Assembly: GCA_050248855.1 (NCBI GenBank)
Contig: JBFWRP010000005.1
Location: 128,001 to 192,000, forward strand
Source: Planctomycetota bacterium
GTDB lineage: Bacteria; Planctomycetota; PLA2; JAEUHO01
Length of the DNA: 64,000 bases
Reading direction: 5' to 3'
The notes beneath the pieces are model-generated. The model was given only the letters and a program-made list of their open reading frames with translations. It searched no databases and had not been told where the DNA came from. A program made the translations under genes and the position numbers. Positions 1 to 9,389 of this stretch are shown in pieces. Numbering within the stretch: position 1 is the first letter of the stretch; each line of letters opens with the position of its first letter.

Positions 1-2068
1 TCCCCGTCTCGCGCTTCACGACGGCCAACGTGGACATGCATTGGCAAGCCAAGACGAAGAACACCATCACGGACAGGGCCGTCAGCCACGAGTAGGTCGG
101 CGACCCGTCCGGTCGTCGGTCGGCCTTCAGGCGGTCGCGCAGCGGCACGGACTCCTCGTCGGCATCCGCGCCCACGCTGTAGACGATGCCCAAGGTGGAC
201 ACGAGCACCTCGCGCGCGGCGAAGGACGCAACGAGCCCCACACCGAGGCGCCAGTCGAAACCCAGGGGCTCGATCGCGGGCTCGATGGCCTTGCCCATGC
301 GCCCCATGACGCTCTGTTCCATCTGCGCGCCGACCGCCCAGGCCTCGACCGCCTCGCTGTCTTCGCCGGCTTCGATGCGGGCGTCGGCCTCCTGGCGGAC
401 CGACTCGCTGCGCGGGAAGTAGGCAAGCGCCCAGAGCACGATCGAGAAGGCCAGGATGATCGTTCCCGCCTGGGTCACGAACACCTTGCCGCGCGAGATC
501 ACGGTGGCGAGCACCTGGCTCGGCGCAGGCACGCGGTACGCGGGAAGCTCCATCACGTACGTGCTGGCCTCACCGCGGAACAGGGTGGCGCGCAAGATCC
601 ACGCGGCCACCAGCGCTGCCGAGACCGACAGCACGTACATGCCGAGCAGCGCCCAGCCCCCATACGCCGCGGGGATGAACGCACCGATCATCAAGGCGTA
701 CACGGGAAGGCGTGCGCTGCACGACATGAACGGCGCCACCAGGATCGTGACCAGCCGATCGCGGCGGCTCTCGATGGTACGGGCCGCCATGATCCCGGGA
801 ATCGCACACGCAAACGAGGAGAGCAGGGGAACGAACGACTTGCCGCTCAGCCCCACGCCGCGCATGACCCGGTCGATGAGGAAGGCCGCGCGGGCCAGGT
901 AGCCGACGTCCTCGAGGATCGCGAGGAAGAGGAACAACAGGCAGATCTGGGGCAGGAACACGACGACCGCGCCCACGCCGGCGATCACGCCATCGAGGAT
1001 CAAGTCGCGCAGCATGCCTTCCGCCATCCAGCCGCCGACGAGCTCCTGCAGCCAGACTTGTCCCTCCTCGATGTACTCGGTGAGTGGCCCCGACCACGTG
1101 AAGAGCGTCTGGAAGATCAACCCCATGATGGCGAGGAAGACCAGGGGCCCGACGAACGGATGGGTCAGGACACGATCCACGCGCTCCGAGAGGTGCGGGC
1201 CCGGCCCCGTCTTCGGGCGCGCCGCCGCCAGGACGTCGCGTGCGTAGGTGTAGCGGGACTCGGCCTCGACGGCCTCGCGATCCACGCCGGCGGCGTCGAG
1301 CCTGGCACGCGCCGCCTCGACGCGCGCGGCGACCTCGGGCCCCGCGGCGCGCAGATCGGGGTCGTTCGGGCGCGCGTGCAGCACCAGACGCAAGGCCTCG
1401 CCCGCCCGGGCCAGCGGGGGCAGCTCCGGGCGCGTGGCCAAGGCGAGGGCCACGTCGTCCACCGCGGCCTGGGCGACCTCCGGCAGGCGGAAGGGACGCG
1501 GGCGTACGGTTGCATCGCCGAGGCGCGCCGTCAGCGCGGCGAGCCCGGTGCCGGTGCGGGCGTGCACCGCCACGACGGGCACGCGGAGCTGGGCCTCCAG
1601 CGCGCCGGCATCCACGTCGCTGCCGCGGCGCTCGGCAATGTCGCTCATCGTGAGGGCGACGATGATCGGCAGCCCGACCTCGAACATCTGGGTCAAGAAG
1701 AAGAGGCTGCGCTCGAGGCTGGCCGCGTCGACCACCACGATCACGATGTCGGGCCGCGGCGTGCCCGCGGCCCGCCCGAGCAAGGCGTCGCGCGCGACCC
1801 GCTCGTCCTCGCTGCGCGCGAACAAGCTGTACGTGCCCGGCAGGTCCAGCACGTCGGCCGCGCGACCGTCGGGCAAGCGCATCGAGCCCATCACGCGCTC
1901 GACGGTGACGCCGGGGAAGTTGGCGACCTTGCGCTTGAGGCCCGTCAGCAGGTTGAAGAGCGAGGTCTTGCCGCTGTTGGGGTTGCCCGCGAGCGCGACC
2001 ACGGGGCGCTCGGCGTTGGCGAAGGTGCGGCCCGCCACCTGAGCCGGGGGGGTCTGGACGTCGGACAT
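1..2068 (-). CDS. feoB: Ferrous iron transport protein B (3' end runs off the window)
   Basis: Read by hand on the minus strand (absent from the ORF track because there is no stop in the window). ATG at 2068; G1 motif ALAGNPNSGKTSLFN, then VANFPGVTVE; C-terminal QCMSTLAVVKRETG at the window edge. Confidence 0.96.
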   Translation of the reverse strand, partial: MSDVQTPPAQVAGRTFANAERPVVALAGNPNSGKTSLFNLLTGLKRKVANFPGVTVERVMGSMRLPDGRAADVLDLPGTYSLFARSEDERVARDALLGRAAGTPRPDIVIVVVDAASLERSLFFLTQMFEVGLPIIVALTMSDIAERRGSDVDAGALEAQLRVPVVAVHARTGTGLAALTARLGDATVRPRPFRLPEVAQAAVDDVALALATRPELPPLARAGEALRLVLHARPNDPDLRAAGPEVAARVEAARARLDAAGVDREAVEAESRYTYARDVLAAARPKTGPGPHLSERVDRVLTHPFVGPLVFLAIMGLIFQTLFTWSGPLTEYIEEGQVWLQELVGGWMAEGMLRDLILDGVIAGVGAVVVFLPQICLLFLFLAILEDVGYLARAAFLIDRVMRGVGLSGKSFVPLLSSFACAIPGIMAARTIESRRDRLVTILVAPFMSCSARLPVYALMIGAFIPAAYGGWALLGMYVLSVSAALVAAWILRATLFRGEASTYVMELPAYRVPAPSQVLATVISRGKVFVTQAGTIILAFSIVLWALAYFPRSESVRQEADARIEAGEDSEAVEAWAVGAQMEQSVMGRMGKAIEPAIEPLGFDWRLGVGLVASFAAREVLVSTLGIVYSVGADADEESVPLRDRLKADRRPDGSPTYSWLTALSVMVFFVLACQCMSTLAVVKRETG

Positions 2069-2075
2069 CGCCCGC

Positions 2076-2357
2076 TCACGCCACGGGGAGGACGCGGATG
2101 CCCCGCGCGTCGCTCACGCGGAGCGACAGGTGGTAGCCACAGACCTCGACCTGCAAGGGGTCGCGAAGCGGAGCGCGCCGGACCACGCGGACGCGCACGC
2201 CGGGGACGAACCCCATCTCGTGCAGCCGGAGGCGCAGGGGACCGGCGTCGATGCGGTGCACCGTGGCGACGCGCCCGACGGAGATGTCGGCGAGCGACAC
2301 CTCCGGGGCGCCCACGGCGGGCACGGCGGCAGGCGGCGGGATGACCGTTGGTTCCAT
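2076..2357 (-). CDS. feoA: Ferrous iron transport protein A
   Basis: RLRLHEMGFVPGVRVRVVRRAPLRDPLQVEVCGYHLSLR is the FeoA SH3-like signature; directly upstream of feoB. Start set at ATG 2357. Confidence 0.93.
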   Translation of the reverse strand: MEPTVIPPPAAVPAVGAPEVSLADISVGRVATVHRIDAGPLRLRLHEMGFVPGVRVRVVRRAPLRDPLQVEVCGYHLSLRVSDARGIRVLPVA

Positions 2358-2358
2358 C

Positions 2359-2376
2359 TTGCGAATGAGTGTACAA
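2359..2376. promoter_or_regulatory. Candidate Fur-like iron box overlapping the feoA -10 element
   Basis: AT-rich TTGCGAATGAGTGTACAA resembles TTGAGAATnAnTCTCAA-type Fur boxes; contains TACACT (minus strand, 2368-2373) 10 nt upstream of the feoA ATG. Confidence 0.35.
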
Positions 2377-2500
2377 ATCGCCACATGGACCGCCAGCCCG
2401 GAGCCGACCCGGGAATCCGGACCACCACATGCGCGTTCCCGATTGCGTCCGCCGCCTCCGGAGCGGTAAGCCATGTGCCCCTTCCCAGGAGGCTGCCTCC

Positions 2501-3745
2501 GTGAACCCGCGAACCCTGGCCTGGCTGGCGCCCCTGGTGCTCGCCCTACCCCTTGCGGCCTGCGGCGGGGGTGGTGGCGGGGGTACCCCCCAGCAGCCGC
2601 CGGCCCTCGGCGAACCGATCCACGGCCTGAGCACGGACGAGCTGGCCGCGTTCCAGCGCGGCAAGGCCCTGTTCGAGCGCCGCTTCAAGCCCAGCGAGGG
2701 GCTCGGGCCGTTCTACAACACGACGTCGTGCCGAGCCTGCCACAGCACGCCGGCCAGCGGCGGTGGCGCGCACCTCTACCGCAACTTCTTCCTGGCGCGG
2801 TTCGGCGACCCGACCCAGCCCGGTCAGCAGCTCGACTTCCCGACCAACGTGAGCGCCGTGGTTCCCGCCTTCGGACCCACGATTCCGCACACGATCGCCA
2901 CGTTCTCGCTGGAGGGAGGTCGACACCCGATCCCCGCCACGGGCCCGGGTGGTCAACCGCGGCAGCTGGCCCAGCGCAACGGCCTCGCCATGTTCGGCGT
3001 GGGGCTGTTCGAGGGCGTGACGCAAGCCACGTTGCTGTCGCTGGCCGATCCCAACGATGTCGACCAAGACGGCATCAGCGGCCGCATGAACACCGACCTG
3101 GGCTCGGTCGGACGCTTCGGGGTCAAGGCCCAGAGCGCCACGATCGAGCGCTTCACGCGCGCGCCGCTCATGAACCAGCTGGGCATCACGTCCAACCCCA
3201 CGGGGCTCGACAACCTGTCGGTGCTCCAGGTCTCCCAGGACCCGAGCCAGCCCACGATCGACCACGACGCGGCGCCCGACCCGGAGATCCCACCGGACGA
3301 GCTCTTGGATCTGATTGCCTTCACGCGCTTCCTCGCCCCGCCCGCGCCCAAGCCGTTCAGCGCGGCGGCGCTCCGCGGCCGCACGCGGTTCGAGTCCCTG
3401 GGCTGTGCGAAGTGCCACCTGCCGTCGATCCCGTCGGCGAGCGGGGACTTGGCCGCCTTCACGGACCTGCTGCTCCACGACATGGGGCCCGACTTGGCGG
3501 ACCACATCGCCGCTGGCGCCCCCCAGGCCAGCACGATCGACGGTCCCACGACCTTCCACGAGTTCCGCACGGCCCCGCTCTGGGGCGTGTCGCACTCTGG
3601 CCCCTGGCTGCACGATGGTCGTGCCCAGACCTTGGAGGAGGCCATCTTGGCCCACGGCGGTGAAGCCCAGACGGCGCGGGACGACTTTGCCGCGCTTCCG
3701 CTGATCGACCGCGCCGACGTGCTCGCATTCCTGGAGAGCCTGTGA
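2501..3745 (+). CDS. Di-heme oxidoreductase (DHOR-family) cytochrome c lipoprotein
   Basis: GGAGG then GTG at 2501; lipobox LAACGG; two CxxCH motifs (CRACH, CAKCH); EGLGPFYN, GRFGVKA, TDLLLHDMG, EFRTAPLWG, WLHDGRA. Confidence 0.88.
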   Translation: MNPRTLAWLAPLVLALPLAACGGGGGGGTPQQPPALGEPIHGLSTDELAAFQRGKALFERRFKPSEGLGPFYNTTSCRACHSTPASGGGAHLYRNFFLARFGDPTQPGQQLDFPTNVSAVVPAFGPTIPHTIATFSLEGGRHPIPATGPGGQPRQLAQRNGLAMFGVGLFEGVTQATLLSLADPNDVDQDGISGRMNTDLGSVGRFGVKAQSATIERFTRAPLMNQLGITSNPTGLDNLSVLQVSQDPSQPTIDHDAAPDPEIPPDELLDLIAFTRFLAPPAPKPFSAAALRGRTRFESLGCAKCHLPSIPSASGDLAAFTDLLLHDMGPDLADHIAAGAPQASTIDGPTTFHEFRTAPLWGVSHSGPWLHDGRAQTLEEAILAHGGEAQTARDDFAALPLIDRADVLAFLESL

Positions 3746-4974
3746 GCGCCCGCCGCCTTCCCGGTGCCACGCTCGTTGCGTCCGGCGCCTTCGTTGCCCT
3801 TGCCGTGCTCGCTACCGCCGGATGGCTGGTGGCCGCGCCCGGTGCACCTGCCCCGGGCGCCACGCAGGCCGCGATCCCCGGCGACGGGGCCACCGACCAG
3901 CCGATCCTGCCCGTTGGCACGCTGGGCGGGCCCGTGCACGCCCTCTCGCCCGCCGAGGAGGCCACGTTCCGCGCCGGCCGTGCGCTGTTCGACCGCTCGT
4001 TCCACAGGAGCCACGGCTTGGGCGCGCCCGAGTTCAATGCCGACTCGTGCCGCGCGTGTCACCAAGATCCCGTGCTCGGTGGATCGGGGGACCTTGACCT
4101 CAACGTCTCGCGCGCCGGCAACGACAACGGTGGCTCCGGCCCCTTCGCCGACATCACGGGCGGGCAGATCTTCAGCAAGCTCCGAGGGCCCTTCGCGCCA
4201 GGGCGCGAGGAGTACGTCGTCGCCGAGGCCGACGTCTTCGAACAGCGGCAGACGCCGCCGCTCTTCGGCGCGGGCCTCATCGACGCAATCCCCGAGGTCG
4301 AGATCCAGTCCAATGAAGACCCGACGGACAGCGACATGGATGGCGTGTTCGGCGTCGCCCGCGTCGTGATGGTCAACGGACTGCCGGAAGTCGGGCGCTT
4401 CGGCTGGAAGGCGCAGATCCCCCGACTGGACGACTTCTCGCGGGACGGCCTGGCCAACGAGCTGGGCATCACGGCGCCGGACGATGGCCGCGGCTTCGCG
4501 CTCGTCAGCGACGCGGACCCCGTCAGCGACCCGGAGGTCTCGCCCGCCGAGGTGAGCGATCTCACGGCGTTCATCGCGCTGTTGGCGCCGCCGCCGCGCG
4601 GCGGGGCCGGCAACGATCCGATCGTGCTCGAGGGGGAGACCCTGTTCGACACCGTGGGCTGCGCGAAGTGCCACAAGCCGACGCTGCAAGGCCCCACGGG
4701 CCCGGTGCCGCTCTACTCGAACCTCCTGCTCCACGACGTCCATCCGGCGTCGTTCCGCGGCATGGCCGAGCCCGGCGCCCCCTCGGGGATGTACCGCACG
4801 CCGCCGCTCTGGGGCATCTCCAAGACCGCGCCCTACCTGCACGACGGCCGCGCGGAGACGCTCGAGGCCGCGATCCTGGGCCACGACGGCGAGGCCCTGC
4901 TCGTCCGCCAGGCCTACGAGGCCTTGATCCCCTCCGAGAAGACGGCCCTGCTCGCCTTCCTCGCGGACTTGTAG
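3742..4974 (+). CDS. Second di-heme oxidoreductase (DHOR-family) protein, tandem paralogue
   Basis: CRACH and CAKCH; GRFGWKA, YSNLLLHD, YRTPPLWG, YLHDGRA; GTGA overlap with the upstream gene; N-terminal signal/TM segment. Confidence 0.88.
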   Translation: MSARRLPGATLVASGAFVALAVLATAGWLVAAPGAPAPGATQAAIPGDGATDQPILPVGTLGGPVHALSPAEEATFRAGRALFDRSFHRSHGLGAPEFNADSCRACHQDPVLGGSGDLDLNVSRAGNDNGGSGPFADITGGQIFSKLRGPFAPGREEYVVAEADVFEQRQTPPLFGAGLIDAIPEVEIQSNEDPTDSDMDGVFGVARVVMVNGLPEVGRFGWKAQIPRLDDFSRDGLANELGITAPDDGRGFALVSDADPVSDPEVSPAEVSDLTAFIALLAPPPRGGAGNDPIVLEGETLFDTVGCAKCHKPTLQGPTGPVPLYSNLLLHDVHPASFRGMAEPGAPSGMYRTPPLWGISKTAPYLHDGRAETLEAAILGHDGEALLVRQAYEALIPSEKTALLAFLADL

Positions 4975-4980
4975 ACGCGC

Positions 4981-5460
4981 GTGCTCACGCAGCGGATGCT
5001 CGGCTTGGCTCTGGCCGTCCTCCTCGCCGGCTGCGGGGGCGGAGGCAGCGGACCGTCCGGCCCGCACGGCGCGGACTTCACGCTGTTCGCGGTGGAGACC
5101 ATCTCGGCCGACGGCAACGCCATTGCGGCCTGGATCGCCGACACGGAGTCGCTTCACGCCCGAGGCCTGATGCAGGCGACGCCGGAGCAGCTCGCCCCGC
5201 TCGGCGACGGGACGCCGCGAGGCATGCTGTTCGTCTTCGCGGCGGACTTCGTGCCGTCGTTCTGGATGCGTGACACCTACGTGGCCCTCGACCTCGCGTA
5301 CATCCGTGCGGACGGCACGATCGCGGAGATCCATGCGCTGGCGCCGCTCGACGAGACGCCCGTGCCGGCGAGCGAGCCCGTGCGCATGGCCTTGGAGGTG
5401 CCGGCCGGTACGCTTGACGACCTCGGCGTCGGCGTGGGCGATCTCGTCCTCAGACCCTGA
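4981..5460 (+). CDS. DUF192-family lipoprotein
   Basis: Lipobox LAGC; ARGLM...GMLFVF...SFWMRDTYVALDLAYI...ALEVPAG is the DUF192 pattern. Confidence 0.85.
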   Translation: MLTQRMLGLALAVLLAGCGGGGSGPSGPHGADFTLFAVETISADGNAIAAWIADTESLHARGLMQATPEQLAPLGDGTPRGMLFVFAADFVPSFWMRDTYVALDLAYIRADGTIAEIHALAPLDETPVPASEPVRMALEVPAGTLDDLGVGVGDLVLRP

Positions 5461-5471
5461 GCGAGGTCGCC

Positions 5472-6407
5472 ATGTCCATCCCGCTCGGCACGGCTACCCC
5501 ACCGTTCCTGCTGGCCGGCGAGCTCGCCGCGGCGGCCTGTTCGCTCTGCTGGGCGAGCGCCCAGATCGGCTTCGCCGGCATCCGGACCGCCATGACGGGT
5601 TCGGCGCTCAACTTCGGCAAGAACCTCGTGGCCACGACGGCGTTCGCCGTGTTGTTCCTCGTGCGCACGGGCCTGCCGTGGCCCACGGGGCTCGAGCCCT
5701 CGCCCCTGCTCTGGCTGATCGCCAGCGGCGTGGTGGGCCTGGGCATATGCGACGTGTTCCTGATGCAGGCCCTGTTGCGCATCGGGCCGCAGCGCACGAG
5801 CCTGCTGTTCTGTCTCGTGCCCGTGCTCACCGTCGTGCTCTCGGCACTCCCCCCCTTCCACGAGCACCTGACCCTGCTGGCCCTGTCCGGCATGGGTCTC
5901 ACGCTTGGCGGGATCGTCATGGCGATCCTGGAGCGTGGCGGGACGCAGCCCCCGCCGCACGACATGAAGGCCGGGATCCGCGACGCGTTGCTCGCCAGCG
6001 GCTTCCAGGCCGTGGCCATCCTCATGGTCCGCCAGGCCCGCCGCGAGGGCGACATCGACGGCGCCTCCGCCGCCATGGTGCGCCTGGCCTCGGGCACCGC
6101 GGCGCTGGTCGTCTACGGGCTGGCGCGCCGCCGGCTGGGAAGCTGGTGGAGCCAGATCAGCGCGCCGACCACGCGCACGCGGCTCGGCCTCTCCGCGCTG
6201 GTGGGCACCTTCGTCGGCATCTGGCTGAACCAGCTGTCGCTGCAGTGGACGCAGGCCGCGGGCGTAGCGGCCACGCTGCTCGCGCTGCCGCCCGTGTTCC
6301 TCCTGCCCCTGAGCGCGGTGTTCCTCGGCGAACGGCGCGCCGCACCCGCATGGATCGCCACGGGCATCGCCTTCGCGGGCGTCGCCATGATCGCGTTCGG
6401 GCGGTAG
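5472..6407 (+). CDS. EamA/DMT-family transporter
   Basis: About 10 hydrophobic helices in two repeats; SGVVGLGICD...ALLRIGP motif. Confidence 0.85.
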   Translation: MSIPLGTATPPFLLAGELAAAACSLCWASAQIGFAGIRTAMTGSALNFGKNLVATTAFAVLFLVRTGLPWPTGLEPSPLLWLIASGVVGLGICDVFLMQALLRIGPQRTSLLFCLVPVLTVVLSALPPFHEHLTLLALSGMGLTLGGIVMAILERGGTQPPPHDMKAGIRDALLASGFQAVAILMVRQARREGDIDGASAAMVRLASGTAALVVYGLARRRLGSWWSQISAPTTRTRLGLSALVGTFVGIWLNQLSLQWTQAAGVAATLLALPPVFLLPLSAVFLGERRAAPAWIATGIAFAGVAMIAFGR

Positions 6408-6423
6408 CCGTTCCGCGCAGGGC

Positions 6424-7479
6424 TCACGCGTTGCGCGAGGACCAGGCCTGGAGCAAGCGCTCGTTCTGCGCCCGCGCGTCGTCGGCCAGCTCGCCCGCCA
6501 TCCAGTGCAGGACGTGCGCGCCCGTCGGCGCCCCCGACGCACCGCCATCCACGAGCCACGTGATGGCGGCGGAGTAGAAGACGGCGACGGTGCTGGGCTC
6601 GGTCACCTCCACGGTGGCCGTCCGCTCGCCAGCCAGCAGGAACGCGATCTGCCCGAACAGGTGGCCCGGCTCGATCCTGCGGTCCACGACGAAGTGGCTG
6701 CCTTCGCTGCGCGCCGTGACGGCGGCCGCGCCGTCGAGCAGGTAGTACGCGCCGTCGGCCACGGCGCCCTGCTCGATGAGCACGGTGCCTGGTTCGCACG
6801 AGCAGATCTCGACGCTGCGGGCAATCGCCTGGAGGGCCGTGTCACCGAGCGCGGCCAGCTCACGCTCCTTGCGCAGCATCTCGATCAAGCGCTGCTCGGC
6901 ATCCTTCGGGGCGCGCTTGCCAAGACCCTTGCCGTGCCGCGGCATCGAGGCCAGCGCCGTCGGCAGCTCGCCCAGGTGGGCCTCCGAGGGCCCAAGCACG
7001 CCGCGTAGGTGCCCGTGGCCGACCGCGTCGGCCTCGAAGCGCACGGCGCTCCCGTCACGCACGCGAAGCGCGATGCGCTGCGCCAGACGCAGCAACAGGC
7101 GCGACGCCGCCCGCGACGGGGATCCGCTCAAGAGCTCGACCAAGCCGGCATGCGTCAAGGCGTAGCCGTCCATGGACTCGACGGCGCGCACGGTGGCCGA
7201 CGCCCGACCAGGGCGGATCACCCCGAGGTCCCCGACCAGACGCAGCGCGTCGCCCTCGCCGAGGTCGATGGTGTGCTCCCCTTCGCCGAGGGAGACCGAG
7301 ACGGCGCCGTCCGGCAGGAGGTACAGCGTGTCGGACTGCTGGCCGTGGCGGATGAGCGTGCTGCCCGCGGCGACGTGGCGCGGCTCGAGCTGTTCCACGA
7401 AGGAGGCGACTTCCTCGGGCTCCAAGTCCTCGAAGAGCCACGGGAAGGCGGTCACGAGGCGGTTGGGGTTGCTGCTCAT
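6424..7479 (-). CDS. Protein with two cyclic-nucleotide-binding (cNMP) domains
   Basis: Domain 1: LIRHGQQSDTLYLL..G.V...VGDLGVI..GRASATVRA. Domain 2: LIEQGAVADGAYYLLDG...FGQIAFL..ERTATVEV. GGAGG SD; no HTH seen. Confidence 0.85.
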   Translation of the reverse strand: MSSNPNRLVTAFPWLFEDLEPEEVASFVEQLEPRHVAAGSTLIRHGQQSDTLYLLPDGAVSVSLGEGEHTIDLGEGDALRLVGDLGVIRPGRASATVRAVESMDGYALTHAGLVELLSGSPSRAASRLLLRLAQRIALRVRDGSAVRFEADAVGHGHLRGVLGPSEAHLGELPTALASMPRHGKGLGKRAPKDAEQRLIEMLRKERELAALGDTALQAIARSVEICSCEPGTVLIEQGAVADGAYYLLDGAAAVTARSEGSHFVVDRRIEPGHLFGQIAFLLAGERTATVEVTEPSTVAVFYSAAITWLVDGGASGAPTGAHVLHWMAGELADDARAQNERLLQAWSSRNA

Positions 7480-7514
7480 CGCGGGTGACCTCCGTGGGTG
7501 GGCCCATCCTATCT

Positions 7515-9389
7515 ATGCTCGTGCGTCACGGAGGCGTCGTGCAGCAGAGCGAAGATGTGCGGGGGCTGCTCCGCATCGGGGAGCACGTCGCGGCCTGGGA
7601 CGCGGCCGGCCGCATGCCCGACAGCCGCGAGGCGGTGCTCCTCCGTGCGCGCGCCCTGCAGGGGCTGGGTGCGCGTGGCGAGGCCCGGGCGCTGCTCCAG
7701 GCCCTGCCTCCGGGCCGACGCGGCGGCCTCGAGTCCGAGCGGCTCGGCCTGCTGGCTTCGTTGGCCAAAGCGGATGCCCTGGAGCTCGCGGGCGCCGAAC
7801 GCCAGGCCGGTTTGGAAGAAGCTCTTGCGGCCTACGAGCGCGCAGCGCGCGCCGTGCCTGGCAGTCCCTGGCACCCCATCAACGTGGCCACGCTGGCGGC
7901 GGTACTGGGGGACGGGGCCAAGGCCTCCCGCGTCGCGGGCGAGGTCATCGCGCTCTGCGACCGCCTCGAGCGCAGGGGCCTCTCCGGGGGCGATGCCTAC
8001 TGGGTGCCCGCCACGCGCGGCGAGGCCCTGCTCGTGGCCGGTCGCCACGACGAAGCCCGTGACGCGTACGCGCAGGCAGCGCGCCGCGCGCGTCGCCAGC
8101 GCTGGTGGTCGCACTTGGGCAGCACGCTGCGCAACGCTTCGCTCGTCCTCCACGACCGTCCCGAGCAGCTGGCGGACCTGCGTGGCGTGCTGGCCGTTCC
8201 GCCCGTGCTCGTGGTGACAGGCCACTTGGTGGACCTGCCGGGGCGCACGCCGCCTCGCTTCCCCGCGCGTCGCGTTCCGGCCGTGGACCGGGCCTTGCGC
8301 GCCGCGCTCGCGGAGCGGCTGCCCAGCGTGGGCGTGTCCGGTGGAGCGGCCGGCGCCGACCTCTTGTTCCAACGGGCGCTGGCAGCCCGGCGGATCCCGA
8401 GCGTCGTCGTCCTCCCGCAGGAGGGGCCGTGGTTCGTGGAGCGATCCGTCGAGGGACGCGCCGGCGGCGACTGGCTGGCGTGGCATCGACGCGCCGTGCG
8501 TCGTGCGCATCCGTGCCTGCGCTTGGTGCGGCACGGCTTCCCCGACGAAGGCCTGCTGTTCGAGTACGCCAACGAAGTCCAGGAGGGCTATGCCCGCGAA
8601 CGCGCGCGGCAGCTGGGCACGAGCGTCGAGCTGCTCGCGGTCTGGGACGGGAAGACGGGCGATGGCCGCGGCGGCACGGCCGACTTCGTGGAGCGCTTCG
8701 CGCGGGCGGGTGCGGATGCGGTTCGGGTCATCGACCCCGCGCGGCCCGGCGCGGGGGCCCGTCCGTTGGACGCCCCGCGCCGCTCGCGACCGCGGGCCCC
8801 GGCGACCACCGGGCGCGCGCTCACGGCCGCACTCTGCTTCGCCGACGTGCATGGCTACAGCTTGCTGGACGAAGACCAGGTCCTCGCGTTCGTCGAGGAG
8901 GTGCTGCCGCGCATCGCGCGACGGCTGGACGCCCGGGGGCGCCGCGTGCTGACGCGCAACAGCTGGGGCGACGCCGTCTTCGCGGCCTTCACCGACGTGG
9001 CCGTGGCCGCCGACTTCGCGCTGGACTTGGTCCGGCTGTTCGCCGAGGCGCCTTGGCCAGCGGGCCGCCTGCCCGCGGACTTGGGCGTGCGCGTGGCCCT
9101 GCACGCCGCGCCCGTGCACCGCGTGCACGACGCCCTGCTGGGCCGCACGGGGGTCACGGGAGCGGGCGTCAGCCACGCCGCGCGCTACGAGCCCGTGACG
9201 CCGATCGGCCGCGTGTACGCCAGCGCGCCGTTCGTGGCGCTGCTCCATGCACGCCATGCGCCGCGCTGGCAAACCACGTACGCCGGTCAGCTCGAGCTGC
9301 CCAAGGGCCACGGGCTCTTCCCGGCGTGGGACATCCGTCAGTCGCCCTTGGGATCGGCAGGCAGCAGGGCGCGCACGTCCTCGAGGTAG
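7515..9389 (+). CDS. TPR (TRAF-binding/TPR-S-like) + SLOG-like + class III nucleotide cyclase
   Basis: YWVPATRGEALL (TPR-S type); TGHLVD..GR..PRFP, GGAAGADLLF and AVWDG..GDGRGGTADFV (SLOG-like); FADVHGYS, NSWGDA, RVALHAAPV, VSHAARYEP (cyclase). Start uncertain (7485/7515/7556). Confidence 0.8.
   Translation: MLVRHGGVVQQSEDVRGLLRIGEHVAAWDAAGRMPDSREAVLLRARALQGLGARGEARALLQALPPGRRGGLESERLGLLASLAKADALELAGAERQAGLEEALAAYERAARAVPGSPWHPINVATLAAVLGDGAKASRVAGEVIALCDRLERRGLSGGDAYWVPATRGEALLVAGRHDEARDAYAQAARRARRQRWWSHLGSTLRNASLVLHDRPEQLADLRGVLAVPPVLVVTGHLVDLPGRTPPRFPARRVPAVDRALRAALAERLPSVGVSGGAAGADLLFQRALAARRIPSVVVLPQEGPWFVERSVEGRAGGDWLAWHRRAVRRAHPCLRLVRHGFPDEGLLFEYANEVQEGYARERARQLGTSVELLAVWDGKTGDGRGGTADFVERFARAGADAVRVIDPARPGAGARPLDAPRRSRPRAPATTGRALTAALCFADVHGYSLLDEDQVLAFVEEVLPRIARRLDARGRRVLTRNSWGDAVFAAFTDVAVAADFALDLVRLFAEAPWPAGRLPADLGVRVALHAAPVHRVHDALLGRTGVTGAGVSHAARYEPVTPIGRVYASAPFVALLHARHAPRWQTTYAGQLELPKGHGLFPAWDIRQSPLGSAGSRARTSSR

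Noticed and set aside
41..2344. 767-aa plus-strand ORF, and the many other long overlapping ORFs in the track
   Set aside because: Antisense or off-frame shadows of real genes (here feoB/feoA), caused by stop-codon scarcity at high GC; Arg/Gly/His-rich with no motifs.
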